IMG/VR virus record: IMGVR_UViG_3300015371_000007 | Span: 30,547-94,546 of that record | Strand: one strand, 5' to 3' | Length of the DNA stretch: 64,000 nucleotides | DNA from: a virus | Shown: positions 30,201-42,200 of the stretch, in pieces | Layout: every line of letters starts with the position of its first letter | Position numbering within the stretch: the stretch's first letter is position 1 | Program-made: the position numbers and the translations under genes | Notes under the pieces: generated by a model | What the model was told of the DNA's origin: nothing | Seen by the model: the letters and a program-made list of their open reading frames with translations, nothing else | Databases searched by the model: none

Positions 30201-33200
30201 CCGGACAGCACGTTCCCTCCGCCGGATACGTCGGTCAATCTGCTGCGCGCGAACGCGTCCGGGCCCATGCACACGAAGGCCGAGGGCGCGGCGCAGATCG
30301 AGCAGTGGAAAGCCGCCGCGCAGGAGGCTGGCCGCACACAGGACAACTCGCGGAAGATCATCCTCTCGCTGTACGACCGCACCGGCATCATCTCGAAGCC
30401 GTGGGAAGAGGCGGGCTACAGCGTGCGGCGCTTCGACATCTCGCCGAAAGCGGATGGCGGCACGGCCGAGGACCTGACGGAGTTCGGCAACTGGATGGCC
30501 GAGATCGAGGAAATGCTCGGCCAGGGCTATCAGATCGTCGGCGTGCTCGCGCAGCCGCCCTGCACGTCCTTCACCGACTCTGGCAATTCGCATTGGGACG
30601 CGCTCCATGACACCCCCAACGAGGAGTGGCTGACGCGCACCTACGGCGAAAAGGCGACCGAGTTCTTCGATCGGCCGATCGATTACGCGAACACGCTCGT
30701 GGCGGTGGTGAAGCTCGTGGTCGCGCAGGCGAACCCACGGTTCTACATGATGGAGAACCCGTTGGGGCGCATCGACCAGCAGAACCAGCTGCCGGAGCCG
30801 ACGCTGTCGTTCAACCCGTTCGACTTCGGCGAGCCGTTCTCGAAGAAGACGCAGATTTGGGGCGAGTTCAACCCGCAGCTGCCGACGTTCCGAGTGCCCG
30901 GCTCGAAGGAGGAAGGCGGACAAGGCAGTCGCACGTGGAATCTCTCCAGCGCGCGGAAGTACGAGCGCGAGATGACGCCCGAGGGATTCGCCTACGCGTT
31001 CTTCATGGCGAACCAGGCAGCGGCGCAGGAGGAGTGGGCCAACCAAGAGCGACCGCCCTACAGCGTGCCGCCGCCGGGCCAGAAGTACGACCCCACCAAC
31101 CCGGACCCCGATCTGATCACGACGCCGGCCGCGTTTGGTGACGAGGAGATGCCGGAGCTGACGCCTGAGCAAGCGGCAGCGCAGCGCGCCGAGGCGATCC
31201 GCAAGCTGAAGGAAGGTGCCGGCGCGCCGCCAGCGTCGCGGCCCGCTGAGAGCCTCCCGACGACGCCGGCCGACGACGGCCAGCGTTACGTCGTCTCCAG
31301 CAAGCGCGGGCCGACGCGCAAACTCGGCACCGGCGGGGTCTGGCAGGACACGCACTACGTCACCGGCGAGATCACGGCGACCGGTCCCGACTGGACCGAC
31401 AAGCGCGACGCGGCGCGGCCGCTGACGAAGGCCGAGGTCTATCAGATCGTGCAGGGCGCCGCCGAGCCGGAGGCGCTCAAGATCACGCACGCCGACGACG
31501 CGTCGAAGACGGTCACCATCGGCGAGGTGCAGGGCTACGTCGGCCAGGATGACGAGGACAACGCGATCTACGACCCCGACAAGGCGTGGGGCGCGCGACC
31601 CGCGCCCGCGTCGCAGCCGCCCCGGTCGCGGCCCGTCGAGAAGCCCACCGACGCGTACGACCGCGCCTTCGCCACCGCGCTGAAGCCCGACGATCCCCGA
31701 TGGGCGCCGCTGCGCGAGACCGGGGCGACGGAGTCACAGATCCTCGACGTGGTGCGCGAGGTGTTTCCCGAGGGCACGACGTCGTATCACACGCACCCGG
31801 ACACGGGCTGGGCCTTCGAGATCACGGGCGGCATGGTCCCGAGGGTCGTGGGCACCGCCGGCACCACAGGCGTCCGCGTCAGCGAAGTCGGGCGTCATCT
31901 CGCCGTCCAAGTCAGTCGCGCCCTCGACATCCCGTTGAACTACGAGGCGCGGCCGAAGGCGGAGCCGAAGGGGCCAGCGGTCCAGTTCACGCTCGACCAG
32001 CACCCGTTCACGGCGAAGGTCACGTTCAACCGGTCGGAGACCAACCCGCTCTATCGGGCGGTCATCACGCGCGAAGGCAAGCGCGTCCACGAGTATGAGA
32101 CCGTCGACCTCGACGACGCGGACACGTGGCTCACGCGCCAGCTCACGCAGACCGTGGAGGCGTTCAACGCGTCGCCGCGCGTCACCATCTCGCCGGCCGA
32201 CCACGAGACCGTCAAGACCTACCTGCAGGCGCTCGGCTACAACAACGTCACGCAGCACAAGGACGGCTCGCTCACGGTCCGCGCGACGGAGGGTCGGCAG
32301 CGGTTGGTGTTCCGCGCCACGCCCGGCACCGTCCGCCCCGATACGGGCGGGCCGAGCATCCGGCGCGACGTCGAGCGCCAGGCCGGCGCGCTGGTCGTGC
32401 GCGCGCACAACAAGACGCAGGCCTCGACCGCCGCCTTCAAACAGTTCGAGGCGGACCTGAAGCAGTTCGCCACCGGTCGGCCGTTGCCGTCGGCGTCGAT
32501 GGTCCGGAACGACTCGCGCGAGAAGGCGCAGCCCGGTGGCGTCATCGAGCTGCCGCCCACGCCGCCGCCGTCCCCTGACGCGACCCCGCAGCGCGACATC
32601 GCGTCGCTCCCGCGCGGCACCGCGCCGCCGTGGCAGATGACGCGCAAGGCGTTCCGCGACGATCGCCGCGCCTACACCGTGCCGAAGGGCAACATTTTCG
32701 CCTCCACGCCCGAGGACGTCATGTCCGGGGCCGCGCTGAAGGATCGCAGCCGGGACGAGTTGATCGCGTTCGCGCAGTACAGCGGCGTGCCGACGAAGGG
32801 CTCGAAGGAGAAGCTCGCCAACCGCATCCAGTCCGTGTGGCGCGTCCGGAGCTTCCTCGCGGGCCAGACGGTCCAGACCCTCTCGAAGTATCCGCAGAGC
32901 GATCTGAACCGGATGCACAAGCTGACGCATCGCGGGAAATCCGCGTCCTTCGCCGGCAAGGGCGGGCAGGCGATGTCGCTGCTCAAGTGGCTCGCGACGA
33001 TCCGGAAAAACGGCTTGGACATGATGGCGGACGCCATCCACGAGCTGCACGTCCGGAAAGCCCTGAAAGACGGGCTGGACGTCCCCGCCGAGGTGCTCAA
33101 GGACTACCCGGAACTGGCAAAGGAGGTCGCCGGTGGCGACATTGACAGCACGACAACGGGCGCGCCAGGATCGACTGGTGACCAACCGGCGTCCGGTGCC

Positions 33201-36200
33201 GCCCCGACAGGAGCTGCTGGCACAGGTCAAGGACCTGCTGCGGGCGGGCGTGCCCCACTGGACAGCGGCCCAAAGAGTCCTGCGGAAGTACGGTTTGCGG
33301 TACTTTCCCGATGGGCCGACGGCTTCTGGACCGACGACGTCCTCCCCAGCGCCCGCACCCACGGCTACGACGGCGACGACGCCACCCTCCGAGCCCTCTT
33401 CGACGGACGAGTAGCGTCCGCCCACGAATATCTCGAATCGGTGCGCCCGCTCGAAGCGGAGCACTCGGGCGATGCCTTCATCAAGGACGTCATCGCGCAC
33501 GGCGGCATCAACCTCTCGTACATGGGGCCGCGCCGCGTCGAGGAGTTCACCGTCGTCCAGCAGGCGCTGGCGGCGCAGGGCTACGTTGGTGTGCGGGCTC
33601 CCTTCCGCAAGAACGCCGGCATGTCGCTCGACGACATGCTCGTGGCGCTGAAGCCGAAGTGGCCGGACCTGACCGACGACTGGTCCGTCATCAACAAGCT
33701 CGAACGCATCGGCAGCGGCGAGGAGCCGGCGTCGTGGGGCACCGATAACTTCGCCACGGCGATCCGCGGCGCGGGCGTGGTGCTCGACGAACCGTGGTGG
33801 CAGGACTTCGACGGGACGACGGAGTTCACGCCCGATGCGTTCGAGGGCACGACCGCCGGGCGCCTCTTCCGTGAGCGCGCGGAGAACGCGGCTGACACGG
33901 GCATCCCCACCTACGCGGAGATGCTCGGCGAGATGGCCGACCGCGCCGACCAAGGCTTGCCGGTGTGGGACAACACGCGCGGCGCCGCGCTGGCGCTGCG
34001 CCATCTGGAGAACACCGAGTGGGTGTGGTGGCCGGCGCACACCGACAAGCCCGTGGCGCTCATCCGTCTGACCGAGAACAACGACGCGCAGGGCGACGGG
34101 CGCTACTACAAGGCGAAGATTCTGGAGCAGCTCGCCGGCTGGGGCACCGAGCCCGTGATGGAGAGCATCGGCCATCCGGATGCGCGCTTCGCCGACGGGA
34201 CGATTTCGGTCAGCTTCCCCAACAGCTGGGGCTATCTCCGCGCCGTTGATGCGCTGACCCCAGGCGCCGTCGGGGACGCGGCCAGTCCCGAGCAGACCAT
34301 GTCGTCCGCGGATCTCGCCGATCTCATCCGCGACGAGCTGGTGGAGGAAGGCAAGACCGGGAAGGACTCCCCGCTCCCCGAGCAGACCGCGTTCATGGTC
34401 GGGCCGAAGTCGCACGTCGATCACGACGTGACGCCCGCGCACCTCGCGTTTGCGCAGCAGCACTTCGCCGGCCGCACGGCGTTCTTCGCCGAAACCGTCA
34501 CGCTCCCTGACGATCTGCCGGCGCTGCCGTCGGCGCTCTATGGGCCGATCGCCGGCGATCCGCCGGTGCCGGATGCGGACGTGTTCCAGGCGAAGCGCGG
34601 CGATCGGGCGTGGGACTCGCGCCTCATCGACCGGCCGTCGCGCCCGAGCCGCAAGCTCACCGTCATTGCCGGCCCGAATGCGGACGGGCAGATGGTGCTC
34701 TACACCGCGTTCGGCGGCGAGCTGGCGCCGCAGGAACCCGGTGACCCCGGCGCGCGCGACAAGGCAGCATCCGAGCAGTTCTGGTCCGAGCACGCGCTGA
34801 GCGCTCCGGCGTTCAACGTCACGCCGCCCGAGCCGGAAGGCGAGCCGCGTGCGCCGTGGCAAATGACGCCCGAGGAATGGGCCGCGCACGAAGCGAAGGC
34901 GTTCGGCGACGCGCCGAAGCCCGTGACCGATCGGACCCGCGGCTGGCATCGCGGCCAGGTGCTCGATGCGGTGAAGGCCGGCAAGCCGGTTCCCGCGCGC
35001 GTGCTGGCGCTCTATCCCGAGGCGGCGCCGGACGCCGCGCCGGATGTCATCACCTTCCGCTCCGGCAACCAGACGTCGCCGACCGACATCGCCGGCTACA
35101 TCCGCGCCGGCAAGGCCGTGGGCGTGGTCGCGTTCGCCAATCCCAAGGTGCGGGCGCAGGCGGTCGAGTACGCGCAGCACGGCGGACCGGTGTTCGTCGA
35201 CTCCGGCGCGTTCGGCCACACGGTCGTCGAGAACGGCGTCGCGCGCTCCACGCTCGATTTCGACGCGGTGCTCGACTACTACATCGAGCTACTGGTCGAC
35301 ATCGGCGAGGCGCACGCCGGCAACGTGTGGGTCGTCGCGCCCGACGTCGCGCCTGCGATGGTCGACGGGCAGATGCGGACCTTCCCGCAAGAGACGCGCG
35401 ATCTCCAGAAGCAGTATCGCGCGCGCGTCCAGGCGCTGATCGACACGGGCGCCAACGTCATCGCCCCGGTGCAGGTCGACGAGTCGCGCTTCGTGGCCGA
35501 CGTGATCGACACCGTCGCCGACTTCCCCGGCGCGCAGCTCGGCTTGCCGGGCAACAAGGGCGCGGTGCCCGTCGACGTGCTGGCCGAAGCGATGGCGGCG
35601 CTGACCACGACGCACCTCGGCGAGGATTTCCGCGGCGTGCATTTCTTGGGCGTCGGCGATGTCGGGACCGCGAAGGCGAAGCTCCAGTACTACGTCGACA
35701 CGGTGCGCGCGGACTTCCCTGACGCGCTCATCACGTCGGATGCCACGCGCACCACGGCGATGATCGGCGAGGGCCGCGTCCTCACGGAAGGCGCGCGCAA
35801 GCAGCTCCGGATGCTCGGCGGCTTTGCCGCAGACGAAGAGGTGGTCGACTACGACCTCGACAGTGGCGTGGCCGGACAGTTCTTCCGCGGCGAGTGGGAC
35901 AAGTTCACGCCGCAGGAGCTGCAGCGCGTGTTCGACGCCGCCGGCCTCACCCGCGAGGCGGCGGAGCAGCTCCGCGCCGAGGGGCGCATCAACGAGATCT
36001 TCGACTGGAAGGGCTACCAGCAGTGGATGCGGGACAAGATCGAAACGCCCGCGGACCAAGAGCTGCCTGAGCCGCCGAACCCGGCGTTCGTGACGCCCGA
36101 GACGGATCCGTCCGTCTACCCGCCCGTCGTCGACACGCTCATGGACATCGTGAGCGACCGCGAAACGGCGAAGCCCACGACGCGCCTGCAAGCGCGCGAA

Positions 36201-39200
36201 GACGCCATCGCGCATATCGAGATGGACGCGCAGACGCCCGAGGAACGGGCCCGCGGCGACGCGATCCGCAAGCTGAAGGAGACGCAAGCCGCAGCGGCGC
36301 CGGCCGTCGACGTGCTCGACACGGGCGAGCAGCAGCCGCGCCTGCCCGGCGACGTCGGCGAGGTGCGGACGCAGGAGACGGCGACGCCGGAGTTCGACGC
36401 GCCGTTCTCGCTCACGTCCGAGATCGGCAAGACGAAGCCGCAGAAGCCGGACACGCTCTTCCAAGATCCGGACGAGGAGCGGATTCCGACCGCGACCGAA
36501 ATCAAGCTGATGGTCGACATCGTCGACTCGTACCCGAAGACGATGCCGTTCGAGGAGGCGGTGCGATCCTTCGCGGCCGAGTTCGGCGACGGGTTCGCCG
36601 GCAAGCTGCACACGGCGTTCGAGAAGGCGTGGAAGTTCCGGCGCCGCGAGGTCAAGAAGGTCGAGGACGTGTTGTCGGCGCGCAAGCCGGCGCCGCCCAA
36701 GAAGGAGGAGGAACCGGCGCCGCCGCCGCGCCCGCCGCAGCCGCCACCGCCGCCCGCGCCGCCGCCGTCGCTGCCGCCCGGATTGGCGGCACTGGCGGAC
36801 CGGCCGCTCGGCGTCGGGCAGAAGCACCGCACCACGCTGGTGAAGGATCTGTTCAGCAAGGATCCGGGGTACGTCGATTGGCTGGTGGGGCTGGACCGGC
36901 CGTCCGAGCTGTTCAAGCAGGTTCGGGAGTACTATACGAAGTACCGGCCCGACTACCTGAAGTACGTGCGGGACCGGGAGGCGGCGACGAAGGAGCCGGC
37001 GCCTGAGACGCCGCCGGCACCACCGGTCGATCCCGCGTCCGTGCTGACGCCGGACAACCTCGCCGTGCTGCGGCGCGCTGGGGTGACCGCGGAGGCCGGG
37101 CCAGACGGCACGATTCTGCTGAAGGGGCGCACGTATGCCTACAAAGACCTCATCCGATCAGCCGGAGGACGCTCAGCTCCTAGAGGAGATGATGGCCGCT
37201 TCACGGGATGGCTCATACCAGCCAACCGCCTGGCCGAACTCGTTGGTCGACTCGGAGACCGCCGTAGCAATGGTCAAGGATCCGGCCAACGCCGAGCCAG
37301 TTATGAAAGCCATCCAGAGCTTGCAGATCTCCGACGACGAGCTGACGAATGGCCTGACGCCAGCGACCTGCCAGGCGATCGTGCATCAGTTCTCTCGCCG
37401 GGTACTGCAGCCGTCATCACCAAAGGCGGGCTCGCCATCGGCATCCCGCAGTTCGTCCTCGACGAACAAATCGAAGACGTAGCGCGGATTTCGCACGCCT
37501 ATCAAAAGCAGCTGCCGGCCTTCATCCTCGCGTCCGAACCGGGGTCGGGCAAGACCTTCGTGCTCGGCGGCGCCATGCGCGAGCTGCGCCGGCAGGGCGC
37601 CAAGAAGATCGTCTACGTCACGCTGAACAACGACCTCGTCAGCCAGATCCGCAACGACCTCGCGGCGTTTGCGATCGGCGACGTGCAGTTCATTACCTAC
37701 GACAAGCTCCGCAAGACGGAGCCGTTCGCGGTCGACGCGATCATTTTCGACGAAGCGCAGAAGATCAAGAACGTCGAGGAAGGCGGCTCGGCCGTCGCCA
37801 TCGCGGCGCAGGGCTGGGTCGACGAGGCGAAGTTCACCATCTACGCGTCGGCGACGCCGGCCGAGAACCCCGTGCAGATGGAATACATCGCGACGACGGG
37901 CTTGCTGAAGCCGCTCGTGGGCGATGAGTTCTGGAAGTTCGCCGCCGCGTTCGGAGCGACCCCGCTCCGGCGCAAGGACGGCGCCGGCAACATCTACTAC
38001 GACATCGAATGGCGCCGCACGCTCACCAGCGATGCGGACGCCGCCGCCGCGCGCGAGTGGCTGCGGAAGCAGGGCGTCTACACGTCGCGGCGCATCCGGC
38101 TCCCTGATGGGCAGGTCGATTCGCGCAACGTCAAGATCGACGTCCCCGAGGTGCACGAGCGGCGCTACACGCAGATCTCGCAAGCCGTCGCGGCGATGGG
38201 GCCGGACGGCAACGCGAAGATGTGGGTGATCAACTTCCAGAAGCGCCTGCTCGAAGCCGCCAAGGTCCAGCAGGCGATCACGGAAGCCCGCAGCGCGCTC
38301 GACCGTGGCCGGTTCCCGATCATCTTCGTGGAGACGAAGGCGGAACGGCGCATCGACATCCCGGACCTCATGCAGCGCGAGCGCGACTATGCGCTCGCCG
38401 TCGGCATGGCGAAAGCGATGGGCGACAGTAAGCCCCGCCGCAAGGAGTTCGGCCTGCCGCCGGCCGGCGTGACCGAAGTGCTTGAGCACTACATGAACGC
38501 CAGCGGCGAGTCGGTGATCGAGATCCCGCCGGCCGTCGATGAGGTGCGCAAGGCGCTCGGCGCCGAGAACGTCGCCGAGTACACCGGCGACGTCAGCGGC
38601 AAGCAAGCGGCCGCGAACCTGGCCGAGTGGCGCGCGGGCGGACGCAAGGTGCTCGTCGCCACGATGGCGAAGGGCGGCACCGGGCTGTCGCTGCACGACA
38701 AGGTCGGCGACCATCAGACGACGCAGATCAACATCAACATGCCGTGGACGGCGACCTCGCTCGTGCAGGTCGCCCAGCGGTCGGCGCGGTATGGCTTGAA
38801 GGGCCGCGCCGAGATCATGTGGCTCTTCGCGCACAACATCCCGTTCGACCGCGCCCTGGCCCGTCGCGTCGGCGGACGAATGGCGGACCTCGGCGCGATC
38901 GTGCACGGCGAAGCGCTGCCGGGATCCGAGCAGATCGAAAATTGGGACTTCGAGGACGAATCGTTCGCCGACGAAGAAGTCAAGCGCGTCACGGCCGAGA
39001 TGAACCGGGAGGCGGGGAACGTCGCGCTCGAACAGGGCGAGGTGCCCGACGACATCGCGCGCGAGGCGGAGCCCGCGCGGTGGACCGGCGAGAACATCGC
39101 GTCGATCCTCAACATCCCGCGCGACCAGGGCGACGCCATCGCGGCGCTGACGCAGTTCGCGGGACTGGACCTCCCGTCGTTCCCCGGCATCCTGCTCGTC

Positions 39201-42200
39201 AAGGGCGGCATTCCCGGATCGGGCGCGCTGACGCACCAGCTCACGGTCGATCGGGTACGGACACGGTTCCGCCGCGCGCCGCTCGTGTCGGTCAACGATG
39301 CCGTGCGCGCGCTCGGCGGCGGCGTGCCGGGCTACCTCGACGCCGTCGCGGACTTCCTGCGCACACAGCGGGAGAAGGTCGTCAACGGCGAGTTGACCAC
39401 GCGCGACGTCGCCAAGGCCTACCTGCTCACGCTCGGCAGCATCGGCGCCGGCCCGATCAATCTCGACACCTTCGTCAAGTCGACCGGTCTCGTGCCGTCG
39501 GCCGACTTCGTGACCGTGGAGCGCGGCGTCGCCAAGGTGCGGCCCGAGGAAGCGGTCGCGCTCTGGATGTTCACGCCGGCCGGCCAGCGCGCGCTCGATG
39601 CGCTGGAGGGGGGCCACGTCCGCCAGCGCGATTTCGCCGGCTTGATGCGCGTGCGCGATGCCTACGGGCGCAATGACATCCGCAACAACGGCTTCCGCCG
39701 CAGCACGACGGGCCTGCGATCGCTCTACGACATCAAGACGCTGACCGACGAGCTGAACGCTGCGCGCGGCGCGTCGGGGCCGATGGGCGAGATCGTCCGC
39801 TCGATGATGGGGATCTCGCACGGCAAGGAAGGGTTCATCAAGCATCTGCTCGGCATCGGCGATACGCCGACGGTCGACTCGGTCGCGATCAATTTCTGGC
39901 TGACGGGCCAGGGCGATATCCGCGACGTGCAGACGCCCGCGGCGCAACTGGCGCGCGACGTCAAGACCGTGCTGCTGCCGAAGGACTACGCCCGCGCCGA
40001 GCTGGCCGATCGGATTCAGCAGCAAGTGCAGGCGGTCGCGACGCGGCTGGGCATGGACCCGGAGACCGCCGGCCATCTGCTGCATCACTGGCTGTGGGAC
40101 AAGGCGCGCGGCACCGAGACGTCGCACGCCGGCATGATGCGCGCGATGGCGATGGCGCAGGAGGAGCAGGCGGGGCTCAAGCTGTCGGTGCTCCACAACC
40201 TGCACGTCGACAACCTGGGGTACGTCGACCAGCTGGGAGGCCTGCCGGTGCCGTCGCTCGGCATCGTCAGCGAGGGCGGCACACTCTCCGGCATGGGTAA
40301 CATCACGCTCATCGGCCGGCGCGCGCTGGCCGACCCCGAGCGCGACCCGGTGTTCGACGCCGACGCCTACACGCAGACGTTCCCGCGTGCGGCGTATCCG
40401 AAGGCGAAGACCGGTCCGGCGCAACGCGTGCTCGACCGGTTCAAGCCGTTCGCCACAAAGTTCGATGACAAGCACGTCGAATACCTGCTGTGGGACAACG
40501 CCGTCAACACGCCCAACCCGCACGACACCATCAGTCGCCTCCTGCGGAGCGAAGCCGGCAAGGCCTGGTATCTCAGCGAGGTGATGGGCAAGACGATCGA
40601 ACCGACCATGAAGCCGCGCGAACTGCGCGCCCCGTGGGTCGCCGACCCGACGTTTGTAGCCGAGGCGCCCGAGCTGATGCGGCAGATTGACGCGCTCGCC
40701 CCGAGCGAGCGGACGGGCGACAGCGCGCCGGCACGGGCGTTCGCCGCCCTCGCGCGTGGCGCGATCGATCGCTATCTGGAGACGCCGGAAGGCGCCAAGT
40801 GGGTCAAGGTCAACAAGACCCGCGAAGCGGCGCGGGCGTTCGTCGCCCGTGGCTGGGGCGACGGCGGCGAGTGGATGGCCGACGAGAGCCAGACGATCCC
40901 GTGGGGGACGATGTCGCGCCTCGTCGACAGCGTGCGGCAGGACGTCGGGAAGGAGCGCGTCGACGGCGAGAAGACGCGCGCGGAACTGGACGCCGCGCTG
41001 AAGGGCAAGGAGGCCGAGTTCAAGGCGTGGATCGAGCAACAGGTGCTCGGCCTGCACGGCGAGCCCTACATCACGATCGGGCGCCGCCGCGTGCCGATCA
41101 CGCTCAGCAACCTCGTGGACGCGATGCGCGCGGGCGCCAAGGTGAACAGCGTGCAGAGCACGCTGGTGTTCGGCGAGGGGAAGGCGCGCGCGTCGGCGGC
41201 GCACCAGATCACCAGCACCGCGGAGCTGCGCAACCGCGCCGCGTGGCAGCTCGGCACCGAGGAGTCCATCAAGGCCGCGCGCGAGACGGCCAAGAAGGCG
41301 CTGGAAGAGTGGCGCAACGATGTCGTCCGCTACTACGGTGAGCGGACGGGGCGTGGCGAGTTCGGCCAGACGTGGGAAGGCCTCGACGCGTCGATGCGCG
41401 CACTGGCGCGCTGGGCGTCGACCAAGGGCCGCACGGCGCAGACGCTGCGCAGCGCCCTGTGGCGGGAAGGCTTCCGCAACGTGCCGGGCGGCGCCATCGC
41501 AGACGGAGTCAAGGCCGGGCGGCTCTTCATGGAAGCGCCGGTCCCCTACTTCGAGGCGAAGCCGCAGCGCGCCGTGCGCCTGTCGGAGTTTGCCGGCGCC
41601 GTCATCCCGTCGACCGCGCCCGCGGAGACGCGCGCGATCCTCGACAAGCACGGCGTGCCCTACCGCGAGTACGACGCCGCGCAGGAGAAGGGCCAGCAGG
41701 AAGCCACGATCGCCTTCCGCGACGAGCTGGCGCGCCAGGGCGAGGACGTGCTCTTCCAGCGGAATGAGCAGACGGAGTCGGCCGCGTTCCAGCGCTGGTT
41801 CGGGAACAGCGAGGTCGTCGACGCGGCCGGTGACCCACTGGTCGTCTACCACGGGACGGGCGGGCCGGCGATCGCGGCGTTCGAGGGTGGGCGCGTCAAC
41901 ACCCGCGGCATCTACTTCACGGCGAGCCCGCACCTGGCCGATGCGTATGCCAGCCGTCCCTCGCGAGGGGGGCGACAGGCGATCTATCCGGTCTACCTTC
42001 GTATCGAGAACCCGTTCGTGGTCGAGCGGCAGACGCCCGACCAAGTGCGCGCCGACCGCGCGGGCGCCACCGAGCGCCGCCAGTTCTCCATGTCCCTGTC
42101 CGCGGCGCAGATTGCGGATCTCAAGGCGCAGGGCTACGACGGCATCATCAATCACGACGCGAAGGAATACGTCGTCTTCGATCCGGCGCAGATCAAGAGC

